Shown: piece by piece, positions 55,583 through 63,895 of the stretch | Layout of the letters: every line of letters starts with the position of its first letter | Position numbering within the stretch: position 1 is the stretch's first letter | IMG/VR virus record: IMGVR_UViG_3300042876_000238 | Coordinates: 257 to 64,256 of that record | Reading direction: 5' to 3' (one strand) | From: a virus | Taxonomy: Duplodnaviria > Caudoviricetes | DNA length: 64,000 nucleotides | Program-made: the position numbers and the translations under genes | The notes under the pieces: model-generated | What the model saw: the letters and a program-made list of their open reading frames with translations, nothing else | Database searches by the model: none | What the model was told of the DNA's origin: nothing

Positions 55583-57023
55583 TTCGCCGTGGGTAGGTCA
55601 GAACCCCGGTCCGCAACCTGCGAGCGGCCCGATCGCCTATAACGCGCCTCCGACGATCTCGCAGTTCATGCTGGACAACAGCGAGGTCCGGCTCATCCTC
55701 GGACCGTACGGCTCCGGCAAGACGACAGGCTGCATCATGGAACTTGCCCGTCGCATGCTGGAGGAGTATCCGGACACGCAGGGCGTGCGCCGTACGCGCT
55801 TCGTGATCGTCCGTAACACCGCGCAGCAGTTGCGCCAGACGATCCTCGAAGACATCCGCAAGTGGCTCGGTAGCGTGATGAGCTACAAGGTCACTGACTC
55901 GACCGTGCAGTTCAATTTCCGGCATCCGCAACTCGGCAAAATCGAGTCCGACTGGATGCTCATCCCGCTCGACAAGCCGGAAGACCAGCAGCGCCTGTTG
56001 TCGCTGAACATCACCGGCGGTTGGGTCTCGGAGTTCCGCGAGATCCCCATCAGCGTGTTGGAAGCGCTGCTGGGACGCGTCGGCCGCTACCGTCCCCTCG
56101 GTGTGGCGAAGAACGCGTGGCACGGCATCATCGGCGAATCCAACCCGCCCGACGAAGACAGTGAGTGGTACACGAAGCTGGAGATCGAGTGCCCGAAGAA
56201 CTGGAAGCTGTTCAAGCAGCCGGGCGGCATGTCTCCCGAAGCCGAGAACCGTGAGAACCTGCGTGACGGCTACTACGAGTCGTTGATCGAGTCGAACAAC
56301 GCCGACTGGGTCGACGTACACGTGCACGGAAAGTACGGCAAGAGCCTGTCAGGTCAGGCCGTGTTCCGTGCCAGCTTCAAGCCCGACTTCCATGTCACGT
56401 ACAACGACCTGAAGCCCGTGCCGGGACGTTCACTCCTGCTGGGACAGGACTTCGGTCGTACGCCCGCGAGCCTGATCGGTCAGGTCGATCCGAAGGGCCG
56501 CCTGCTCATCTTCCGTGAAGTAACGACGGCTGACATGGGCATCGAAGGCTTCTGCACATCGCTGCTCCGCCCTGAGCTTATCGAGCACTTCCCCGGCTTC
56601 GCGCACCTGATGGTGGGAGACCCGACAGGGCGGTACAAGGGCCAGTTGAATGAAGATAGCGCGTTCGATGTCCTGAGCCGCCTCGGCTTCAAGGTGCGCG
56701 GCGCGCCGACCAACGACGTCGAGCCCCGGCTGCGTGCGGTCGAGCAACTGTTCCTGCGCCAGATCGACGGCGGGCCTGCGATCCTCATCGACGGCGGGAA
56801 CTGCCCGCTGCTCGTGCAAGCACTGAAGTTCCACTATCGCTACAAGCGAAAGCAGAACAAGGAGCTTGAGGACAAGCCTGAAAAGACGCACCCGTGGTCC
56901 GACATCGTGGACTGCCTGCAGTATATGTCGCTGGCAGTCTCAGGAAATATAGTCGGGCGGTTTCTCTCCGAAAATGTTTCCCGGATCACTGCCCCCCGCC
57001 CGTCCGTGCAAGGTTGGACGTAG
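55575..57023 (+). CDS. terL: Terminase large subunit
   Basis: GPYGSGKT, VRNT..QL, SNPP, GQDFG.TP, GDP.G, D..DCLQY. Confidence 0.95.
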   Translation: MSSSPWVGQNPGPQPASGPIAYNAPPTISQFMLDNSEVRLILGPYGSGKTTGCIMELARRMLEEYPDTQGVRRTRFVIVRNTAQQLRQTILEDIRKWLGSVMSYKVTDSTVQFNFRHPQLGKIESDWMLIPLDKPEDQQRLLSLNITGGWVSEFREIPISVLEALLGRVGRYRPLGVAKNAWHGIIGESNPPDEDSEWYTKLEIECPKNWKLFKQPGGMSPEAENRENLRDGYYESLIESNNADWVDVHVHGKYGKSLSGQAVFRASFKPDFHVTYNDLKPVPGRSLLLGQDFGRTPASLIGQVDPKGRLLIFREVTTADMGIEGFCTSLLRPELIEHFPGFAHLMVGDPTGRYKGQLNEDSAFDVLSRLGFKVRGAPTNDVEPRLRAVEQLFLRQIDGGPAILIDGGNCPLLVQALKFHYRYKRKQNKELEDKPEKTHPWSDIVDCLQYMSLAVSGNIVGRFLSENVSRITAPRPSVQGWT

Positions 57024-57145
57024 CGGCTTGAATCCGAACTCGGCCAGTATCTGCGCGTCTATCTGCGCAGCCATCTGCGCCGACAGGTAGCTGAGATACT
57101 CCTCCCTGAAGTCTTTTTCTTCCGGGTTAGCGCGCTGCCACGGGC

Positions 57146-57871
57146 TTACTTGTAGTGTAGCGGTATCCAGTCGCACATTTGGAGAGCAGTGGGCGACCAA
57201 GGATCGATATGCCCCTCGAAGAACACGATGCGCGCAGTCTCGGGCAGCTTTCCAGCGTGAGGCTTGATGTCCATGCGGAAACTGAACACGCCGTCCTTCT
57301 TCGTCCATCGTGATTCGTGCGGCCCCAACTTGTAGCTGATCCAAGCCTGATCCGAACCATGATATCCGGCATTCATGGCTTTCTGCGGAGAGGTTGCCGG
57401 ATCGAAGTCGTCCCAGATTTGTCTGCGGGCACCCGCGGTCATCATCTGCATCGACCCGTTGTATGGCGTCGTCCTGAGCGTCTCTCCCCATATCACGAAC
57501 TCCTCTTTGCGGTCCCATACGGGCGTGACGTCACGGACGATCACGACATCGAGATCGAGCGACACGAACCTTTCCGCCAGCCATTCGCTCGCGTCAGCGC
57601 CATACATCGGCAGGCGGCGATAGCATGTCGGATTGAGTCCTCCATGCGGTGAGGGCAGTGCCGCAAGCTCTTTCCACTTCGGCACAAAACTCGGCGGAAT
57701 CACGCGGATGCCGGAATCGAGCCCGGCCCAGTCATCGGTGATACAGGTGAACTGGTGCGGCGACTTATAGTTGCGCTGCACCATGTTGTAGAGCGCATTC
57801 ACGTGGCTCGCATCGTGCCTGCTGCGATAGTCGCGCAGCGGCTTCCACTTCCAGCAGACGACGTTGAACAT
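57146..57871 (-). CDS. Glycosyltransferase (GT-A fold)
   Basis: VVCWKW, V..L..MV.RN, F.CITD, DLDVVI (DxD), NGS, SDQAWIS, F.G..DPW. Confidence 0.85.
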   Translation of the reverse strand: MFNVVCWKWKPLRDYRSRHDASHVNALYNMVQRNYKSPHQFTCITDDWAGLDSGIRVIPPSFVPKWKELAALPSPHGGLNPTCYRRLPMYGADASEWLAERFVSLDLDVVIVRDVTPVWDRKEEFVIWGETLRTTPYNGSMQMMTAGARRQIWDDFDPATSPQKAMNAGYHGSDQAWISYKLGPHESRWTKKDGVFSFRMDIKPHAGKLPETARIVFFEGHIDPWSPTALQMCDWIPLHYK

Positions 57872-58605
57872 CAGATCACCCGCTCCCACTTGAACCTCAG
57901 CGGGTTCTTCGCCCGCTCGTCGCCGCTGCGCCGCTTGGCGTCGAAGCGCTTGCGGTACTCGTCGCCGAACTTCCCTTCCTTGCGGGGGAGGTCCGTGTTC
58001 GCATCCGCGACGACATCTCTCTCAACACCGTAGAGCAGAACATCGTCGAGGTGGCAGCGAGGAGCAAGCACGTTAAGCTGGCGAAGGAAAGGACCGTCAC
58101 CGCCGTACGTGCCGCAGTAGTCTTCGTCATAGCCGTTCACCGCCCAGTAGACGCTGTGCTTCACGAGGAACGTGTTGCAGTGGTACTTCCTGCGCGTGCA
58201 GTCAGGGAGGAAAGTGCGCTCGAACGTGTAGTACCGCGCCGGATCGAGCTTGCGCGAAAACAGGTCGTACGCAACTTCGGGCGTGAGGATGATGTCCATG
58301 TCGGACATGAAGAGCCAGTAGTTGTCGTCCACGTGACAGGCGACGTTCGCGCCAAGATTGCGCGCCCCGTGCTGGTTCCACGGGATGTCCTCAGTGATCC
58401 GGTACAGCCGCTTCGGGATCTTGCAGTCGCGGAAGATCGGCTCCGCCGGGTACTTCTGGCTGCCGTCGTCAATCAGGATTACCCGCACGTGTTTACGCAA
58501 GTCACCGGCATAGCGATTCCAGTTGTCCACCTGCCGCGCGAGCATCTGCGGGTTCTCGTAGTACGGATACACCATCCGCACGGTGTTGAACTCAACATCC
58601 GCCAT
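57871..58605 (-). CDS. Glycosyltransferase family 2/7-like
   Basis: PYYEN, IDDGS, ARNLGA, SDMD, VNGYDEDY.G.YGGD. Confidence 0.88.
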   Translation of the reverse strand: MADVEFNTVRMVYPYYENPQMLARQVDNWNRYAGDLRKHVRVILIDDGSQKYPAEPIFRDCKIPKRLYRITEDIPWNQHGARNLGANVACHVDDNYWLFMSDMDIILTPEVAYDLFSRKLDPARYYTFERTFLPDCTRRKYHCNTFLVKHSVYWAVNGYDEDYCGTYGGDGPFLRQLNVLAPRCHLDDVLLYGVERDVVADANTDLPRKEGKFGDEYRKRFDAKRRSGDERAKNPLRFKWERVI

Positions 58606-59212
58606 CGAGCATCCCCTTCATCTGATCGAAGCTGATTTTCGGAAAGACCGAAAGCTCGCTGCGATGAGTGACGTTGTAGACGTTGATTCCCTCCACGAGT
58701 AGCTGGGCGTGGAAGCGCGAAAGCTCGACCACCCAGTCACGGAAGTGCCCCGGCTTGGTCGCGCCCGCAGGCTGCGTCCACGGATACGGCGGGTACCAGT
58801 ACGGCTCGCCGTTCGGTCCCTTGCACATGTCGAAGCCGAGCAGATAGATGTTGTCGCCGCGCTTGGAGTGCTGGTACGCGAGGTTGAGCGCGCACGCACC
58901 GGAGTTCGACCCGGCCAGCGTGCCTTCGTCCTTCTGCAGGTAGTCCGTACGCAGGTGCTTGAAGACCTTGCCGTGATGCACCTTCACGTTCTTGTCGCAG
59001 CCTTCGCGAATCCAGATGTCCATCACCTGCTTCGCCTTCAGGTACGGCCAGCGGTTCTCGAACCACAGCCGATCCATCGTGATGCAGGTGTGTACGTCGG
59101 TCCACAACGCCGCGTCGTTGATTCCGTACACGTGTGCCTGATGCGTCAGGTAACGGTGCGGGTATCCGGCGACGGTAGATCCGCCGCCGATGACGATCTT
59201 GTTAGACGACAT
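58592..59212 (-). CDS. Maf/DUF115 (MptE-like fold) putative glycosyltransferase
   Basis: IVIGGGS, INDA, D..W, SNSG..ALNLAY, IYLLGFDM, VYN. Confidence 0.7.
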   Translation of the reverse strand: MSSNKIVIGGGSTVAGYPHRYLTHQAHVYGINDAALWTDVHTCITMDRLWFENRWPYLKAKQVMDIWIREGCDKNVKVHHGKVFKHLRTDYLQKDEGTLAGSNSGACALNLAYQHSKRGDNIYLLGFDMCKGPNGEPYWYPPYPWTQPAGATKPGHFRDWVVELSRFHAQLLVEGINVYNVTHRSELSVFPKISFDQMKGMLDGGC

Positions 59213-59750
59213 CCCAAGTCCTCGACCCGGACACGACGAGTTGCGACTTCGTCTCCTTGTGCACCTTCCACTTCATCTCGCGGAACGCCGCCTGCAGCTT
59301 GGCGAACCACCAAGAGGCGGGGTGGATCGTGATGTGCGTGTTGCGCCCGTCTGGCAGCAGGCTCTTAGAGAGTGCGGTGTCGATGTTGAAGAAGATACCC
59401 CACTTGGCGAGCCGGTCGAGCGTCTCCAGCGTCGCGTCGACCTTGTCTTCCTCCACGTGCTCCATGACGTCGGTGCAGACGATGAAGTCGACGCAGTGCC
59501 ACTCCAGCTTGTCCTTGCCGCGCACGCCGGGGTCGTACTCATAGATGACCGCGTCGGGGCGGTATTCGAGCATCGTCGGCTTGAACGTACCGCGCCCGCA
59601 GCCGAAGTCGAGGATCGTGAAGCCCTCGTTGAAGCGATTCAGCAGCGGCGCGATCGTTGGAATCCACGAGGCTCCGCCGCCGCCCCACGCCTTCTGGTCG
59701 TGCTTCTGCGTGAGCAGGGCTTTGTATTCCGGGCTGATCAGGGTTTCCAT
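59202..59750 (-). CDS. Class I SAM-dependent methyltransferase
   Basis: ILDFGCGRG, YDP, CTDVMEH, LPDGRN.H. Confidence 0.9.
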   Translation of the reverse strand: METLISPEYKALLTQKHDQKAWGGGGASWIPTIAPLLNRFNEGFTILDFGCGRGTFKPTMLEYRPDAVIYEYDPGVRGKDKLEWHCVDFIVCTDVMEHVEEDKVDATLETLDRLAKWGIFFNIDTALSKSLLPDGRNTHITIHPASWWFAKLQAAFREMKWKVHKETKSQLVVSGSRTWDVV

Positions 59751-60337
59751 GCGAGCCTCACGTGCTTCTTGCCGCGATCGAGGACTTCAGGACGGCCGAA
59801 GGCGCGGACAAACTCTTCGAGCCAATCCCTCCGCGTGTGGCGAACGTCCAGCACGACGGTTGCATTCTTGTTGAGGGAAGCCTTCACCTGCGGCAGGTAG
59901 TCGCCGGGGAGGATGTGGAACCCCCACGCCGCAAAGCTGACGACCAGATCGAACTTCGTCCCGAAGTCCTGCGTGTGCGGCGGAAAGTGCGTGTGTCGTA
60001 ACACGCCGTTCTTACGTAAGAAGTCACGGGTCACTCGGGCGTCGTTAAACGGCTTCGAGTGGCTCGAAACCACTGGTGGATCGTCGAGCCCGTCGAGAGT
60101 GTGAACATGTAGATCGGGATAGCGATGAGCAAGCAGAACATCGATACCGCCCAGACCGCTGCCCACATCAAGTACGCTAGCGCACTCATCAGGAAGAGCA
60201 GAAGCGATAGAAGCCATGATCGCATCGAGCGATTCGAGGTAGGCGTCGCGCCATGCGTCGAACCCCTTCTTGTGCGCATCGCTGACTTCTCCCCGTTGGA
60301 TCAGCAGATACTTGAAGTGATCTTTCTCGATGATCAT
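59738..60337 (-). CDS. Class I SAM-dependent methyltransferase
   Basis: VLDVGSGLGGID, FDLVVS..AWGFH; ATGA overlap. Confidence 0.85.
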   Translation of the reverse strand: MIIEKDHFKYLLIQRGEVSDAHKKGFDAWRDAYLESLDAIMASIASALPDECASVLDVGSGLGGIDVLLAHRYPDLHVHTLDGLDDPPVVSSHSKPFNDARVTRDFLRKNGVLRHTHFPPHTQDFGTKFDLVVSFAAWGFHILPGDYLPQVKASLNKNATVVLDVRHTRRDWLEEFVRAFGRPEVLDRGKKHVRLAWKP

Positions 60338-60987
60338 TTGGCATACCCCCGCCAGAACATGCCAACGTGCCCAAGGTCGATCGCGTGTACGCCCTTGCGC
60401 GAGAGGCGCATGGCGAGGCACGTGGCGGTCGGCCCGGCGCAGAGGATGACGCGATCGAACTTCGATTTCAATACAGCAGTTTCGAGATCGTCGATCACGG
60501 CGTAGGCGTCGCGCCGCGGGCACTGGATGAAGGCGACTGCCGCCGCCCCGGTGTCCATCAGGAACTCGGTCTTGATCGACCGTTCCCCGCAGCCCACGAG
60601 CGCTACCTCGCGTCCCTCCCACAGCGACTGCATGCGGTCGAAGTACTCCTTGCAGTCGATCCACGGGGCACTGTCGGGGCGGGAGATGAAGGCCGAGAAG
60701 TACTCCTTCTTCGGGCTCATCTGCCGCGGATAGATGTGCTTGTAGCGCGCCCACCTGTCGTACTTCGGCCCCGCCGGGTCCATCGTCGGGATGCCGACGA
60801 GACATTGCTTGTCGTTTGCCAGCAGGATTGAGGAAAGCTCCTCGGCGAGCTTCTTGTCCGCAATCTGGGAGACGCAGGAGCCGCCCTTGGCAATCTTGAA
60901 CTCGCCGTCGCCGAAGCGCGCGATGCTGCGCCCCTTGAGGACTTCCGCGAGGGTGAGGTGTTCGTTGACGACGCGTGGATAGTGCAT
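60334..60987 (-). CDS. GT-D fold (DUF1792) glycosyltransferase
   Basis: SIARFGDGEF, FISRP, W.GR.V..V, CP..DAY, AGPTA..LA..L...G..AIDLGH. Confidence 0.88.
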   Translation of the reverse strand: MHYPRVVNEHLTLAEVLKGRSIARFGDGEFKIAKGGSCVSQIADKKLAEELSSILLANDKQCLVGIPTMDPAGPKYDRWARYKHIYPRQMSPKKEYFSAFISRPDSAPWIDCKEYFDRMQSLWEGREVALVGCGERSIKTEFLMDTGAAAVAFIQCPRRDAYAVIDDLETAVLKSKFDRVILCAGPTATCLAMRLSRKGVHAIDLGHVGMFWRGYAK

Positions 60988-61040
60988 TTACCTGCCGCCT
61001 GAGCTATATTCAAATCTTCTTTGCTTCCTTCCCCCCAATT

Positions 61041-61067
61041 TGGCCCGCCTCGTGCGGGCCACTTTTT
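61041..61067. terminator. Hairpin, possibly bidirectional terminator
   Basis: TGGCCCGC-CTCGT-GCGGGCCA with CTTTTT on the + strand. Confidence 0.5.
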
Positions 61068-61356
61068 ACGCCTTATGTATGGGAGGCGGTGGGGTCTTAT
61101 AGATCGGCAACGGGTCAACCTTGCGCCGTGCCATCTCCACGAACGGTACGTCCGCCGTCGGCAGCCACTTCATCTCCGCCATCTCGACAATATTGCCGAT
61201 GAGCGACTTGAGTGCCTCGACATCCTGCGCGACGAACGAGCAGCGTTGCGGTGGCATGTCGTGAGAATAGTTAGGGCGGTAATCCACCGCCATCACGACA
61301 AACCCGTTCTGTACACGACGAATTTCGATGTGCGTGACTTCGGCGACGACGGTCAC
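61066..61356 (-). CDS. Hypothetical protein
   Basis: IEIRRVQNGFVV; GTGA overlap. Confidence 0.65.
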   Translation of the reverse strand: MTVVAEVTHIEIRRVQNGFVVMAVDYRPNYSHDMPPQRCSFVAQDVEALKSLIGNIVEMAEMKWLPTADVPFVEMARRKVDPLPIYKTPPPPIHKA

Positions 61357-61529
61357 TTCGCCGCCCTCAGCTTCTCGGCCACATCCTGCAGATACGCCTC
61401 GATCGCGCGGCGGATGTGCTCCGAAGTGGTGATGCCGGTGCGCCGCGCGTACGCCGTGAGCGCCTTGCGGTACTGCGCCGGAACGATTACGTGCATGCGG
61501 GAACCGCGGTCGATACGTGCCTTAGCCAT
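61353..61529 (-). CDS. 58-aa ribbon-helix-helix (CopG/Arc-like) regulator (not in ORF track)
   Basis: RMHVIVP strand, ALTAYARRTG.TTSEHIRRAIEAYL helices; AAGGA RBS. Confidence 0.85.
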   Translation of the reverse strand: MAKARIDRGSRMHVIVPAQYRKALTAYARRTGITTSEHIRRAIEAYLQDVAEKLRAAK

Positions 61530-61532
61530 AAG

Positions 61533-61907
61533 TCAGTCCTTCGTCAGTATGTGAATCGTCACTGCGGAGTCGAGCGCCTGCGCCAGCGTGGCGCGAAGCT
61601 CGGTACCCTGCGAGTTAGCGCCGGGGATGTTGTTCACATTCACCTTCCAGCAGCCGTCATAGCTTACCGTGATGGAGCGCTTGCGCGAAAATAGCTGCTT
61701 GAACACCTTCTCTTCGCTGGCCGTCATCTCGGAAACTTCCATCGGCCCCGACACGGCGGCGATCAGAGCCGTCGCGATCAGGTAAGCGTCCACGTTCTCC
61801 TCGCGACGCTTCTCAAGCTCCACGCTCAAGTTGTGCGCCACCTTCACCATCTCGGCAAAGGGGAGGGAGCGGATCTGTTTCGTCAAGTTAGTGAGGTGTG
61901 CGCTCAT
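61533..61907 (-). CDS. Hypothetical protein
   Basis: GGAG RBS; ATGA overlap. Confidence 0.65.
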   Translation of the reverse strand: MSAHLTNLTKQIRSLPFAEMVKVAHNLSVELEKRREENVDAYLIATALIAAVSGPMEVSEMTASEEKVFKQLFSRKRSITVSYDGCWKVNVNNIPGANSQGTELRATLAQALDSAVTIHILTKD

Positions 61908-62305
61908 GTGACTGCTCCGGGCTTATCAGCGGCTCTCGCAGCATCTATGGCCGCGTCTAGTTGCTCCGCGCTGCCCCCCTGTAAGAACCGGGGCAGATAC
62001 CAGTACAAGCCGGGGCCGTTACGATCACGGAAAGTCGCATTGCCCCGCATCCACCGATAGCGCAGGGCGTCGGTGAGCAACGTGCTGCCCTCGTCCTCGC
62101 AATGCTTGCAGATAGCGGCTGACGGTTGATCAGTAGTTGCGCCGTCTATCGCTTCGCGGATGCGCTCATGCAGGCGAGTCGGCCAGTCGGGGACAAACTG
62201 GCGCATGTCCTGCACCAGCCCGCGCAGGCGTTCGTTTTCCTCGTGCAGCCGGATAGCGGCTTCGCCCGCCGCCTTGATCGCACTTAGCAGTTCGGCGTTC
62301 TTCAT
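61904..62305 (-). CDS. Hypothetical protein (DAxRYRW.R...LDAAIDA, Ead/Ea22-like tail)
   Basis: Motif common in phage early proteins. Confidence 0.65.
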   Translation of the reverse strand: MKNAELLSAIKAAGEAAIRLHEENERLRGLVQDMRQFVPDWPTRLHERIREAIDGATTDQPSAAICKHCEDEGSTLLTDALRYRWMRGNATFRDRNGPGLYWYLPRFLQGGSAEQLDAAIDAARAADKPGAVT

Positions 62306-62403
62306 CAGCGGCTCCACGGGTTGCGAAGGGCATAGGCCAGCACGACAAAGCCGACAAGCAAGCCGACACCCAAGCCGATCAGGATTCCCCAGAAAAGCGT
62401 CAT
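62305..62403 (-). CDS. 32-aa single-TM peptide (not in ORF track)
   Basis: MTLFWGILIGLGVGLLVGFVVLAYALRNPWSR; GGAGG RBS; coupled on both sides. Confidence 0.7.
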   Translation of the reverse strand: MTLFWGILIGLGVGLLVGFVVLAYALRNPWSR

Positions 62404-62717
62404 CGCGGTTCCTCCGCTGACTGTGGTTCGGCGGTCGGTTGAACAGTGTCGTCAAGCACGGCACGCGCCTTGTCGCACGGGAATCCAGCCGCCTCGCACA
62501 GAGCAACAAGTCCCTGCAACGCCCCGCGCAGGCATTCGATCTCAGCGCTCTTCTCCGCAATGATGCGGTTGCGCTCAATGATCTCGCGGTCGTGGTGCGC
62601 GATCGCCTTCTCGTGATCCTCGACGTACATGAACGCGCCGGGGATCTCGGCGTCAGGCGGAGTCTCGACCATGCGCCGGTCGAGCGGGTCCGTACCGTCG
62701 AGATAGAAGCGTTTCAT
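62400..62717 (-). CDS. Hypothetical coiled-coil protein
   Basis: ATGA overlaps. Confidence 0.6.
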   Translation of the reverse strand: MKRFYLDGTDPLDRRMVETPPDAEIPGAFMYVEDHEKAIAHHDREIIERNRIIAEKSAEIECLRGALQGLVALCEAAGFPCDKARAVLDDTVQPTAEPQSAEEPR

Positions 62718-62791
62718 AGCGACAGGATCAGGTAGATGATTGCCGCAGCCAGCGCCAGCAGGAAGGCGGCGAACAGGACTTTCGCGTTCAT
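62714..62791 (-). CDS. 25-aa single-TM peptide (not in ORF track)
   Basis: MNAKVLFAAFLLALAAAIIYLILSL; ATGA overlaps on both sides. Confidence 0.65.
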   Translation of the reverse strand: MNAKVLFAAFLLALAAAIIYLILSL

Positions 62792-63003
62792 CCGAGCCCC
62801 GGAGGCGGCGAGGTGTAGCACGTGTTCTGGATGCCGTGCTGGTTGCGCACCTTATCGAGCCAGTCGTTGAGCCCCGGATGGTCGAGGAACGACGTATCCG
62901 CACGCGAGTCGAGCTTGCGCTGCCCGGACAGCGCCTTCTGGCGCATGTCGAAGTACAGGGCCATGCGGATGAGCGTCGGCTCGTCCGGAACCGGGAACTT
63001 CAT
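62788..63003 (-). CDS. Hypothetical protein
   Basis: GGAGG RBS. Confidence 0.6.
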   Translation of the reverse strand: MKFPVPDEPTLIRMALYFDMRQKALSGQRKLDSRADTSFLDHPGLNDWLDKVRNQHGIQNTCYTSPPPGLG

Positions 63004-63245
63004 ATCGCCTCCGCTGCCAGCCTGATCTTCTCTTGCTTCGAGTACCATGTTTCATACCCCTCGTAAATTACGTCCACAATCGTCCTTTCCTTCGCCACGA
63101 ACAGCGCCGTAAGGAACAGTTGCCTGTTGAACTCGTCCTCGCACGGGCGACCAAGTTCATGCCACAGGTTGATCAGCCGAAGCCTGTACGTGTAAAGCTG
63201 GATGGGCCGCGGCTCCGCAGGCTTTGCCACCTTGCCTCCCACCAT
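63000..63245 (-). CDS. Hypothetical protein (start uncertain)
   Basis: ATGA overlap at the 3' end. Confidence 0.5.
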   Translation of the reverse strand: MVGGKVAKPAEPRPIQLYTYRLRLINLWHELGRPCEDEFNRQLFLTALFVAKERTIVDVIYEGYETWYSKQEKIRLAAEAI

Positions 63246-63292
63246 CGTGCCGGACGAGATGCCGGAGTGATCGACGGGTAGCGGACCGAGTG

Positions 63293-63496
63293 CTAGCGCC
63301 GCGGCAGCGAAGAAATCTTCTTTTTCCAAAACCTGTACGCTCCCTTGATCGTGCGCGGGTCGACCTCAACCCTCTTGTCGTTGCGCCCTTGCGGCACGAC
63401 GTAGGATGAGGGTTGCACGGCTAGCCCGTCGCTTGCCATCTCCGCTGCCCGTGCGCGCAACAGCTTGCGCAGCCTTTTTGCCCTTTTCGAGTTCAC
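63293..63496 (-). CDS. Small basic protein (MNSKRAKRLRK)
   Basis: GGAAG RBS, GTG start; N-terminus typical of small phage proteins. Confidence 0.6.
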   Translation of the reverse strand: MNSKRAKRLRKLLRARAAEMASDGLAVQPSSYVVPQGRNDKRVEVDPRTIKGAYRFWKKKISSLPRR

Positions 63497-63827
63497 CTTC
63501 CATCACCTTCAGTTTGCCGTGGACTTCGTCCCGCTCCATCCGTGCTTGGTTTGCCGCAAGCTCCGCCTTGACGCAGCGCTCCTCCATCTCGGACGTCTTC
63601 CGCGCGATGTTGTCGAGCGCACGCATGTAGGCGACGAAGTTGCGAAGCTCCGCGGCGGTCATCGTGAGCGGGACCGGCATGTCGGGGGGAGAGTCGGCGA
63701 TCAGGCTCTCGGTACCCTCGATCGCGGAGCAGGCGCTGCGCAGCAGCTTGTCGTCCACGCGCACCACTTCGCGCCCTTTCAGCAGCGTGGCGAACTTCTT
63801 CACGTGAGCCCTGATCTGGATGAGCAT
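63366..63827 (-). CDS. Hypothetical coiled-coil protein
   Basis: Good codon usage; follows a promoter. Confidence 0.6.
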   Translation of the reverse strand: MLIQIRAHVKKFATLLKGREVVRVDDKLLRSACSAIEGTESLIADSPPDMPVPLTMTAAELRNFVAYMRALDNIARKTSEMEERCVKAELAANQARMERDEVHGKLKVMEGELEKGKKAAQAVARTGSGDGKRRASRATLILRRAARAQRQEG

Positions 63828-63834
63828 GTGGGCC

Positions 63835-63863
63835 AGACTGACACACGATGATGTGCGTGTCAA
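63835..63863 (-). promoter_or_regulatory. Sigma70-like promoter
   Basis: TTGACA-17 nt-CAGTCT directly after a terminator. Confidence 0.55.
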
Positions 63864-63870
63864 GCCCACC

Positions 63871-63895
63871 AAAAAGAAGCCCCCTTGCGGGGGCT
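63871..63895 (-). terminator. Rho-independent terminator
   Basis: AGCCCCC-GCAA-GGGGGCT followed by TCTTTTT on the - strand. Confidence 0.85.

Noticed and set aside
59202-60337. Methyltransferases as DNA MTases
   Set aside because: No DPPY/NPPY or PCQ catalytic motifs; short proteins embedded among glycosyltransferases.
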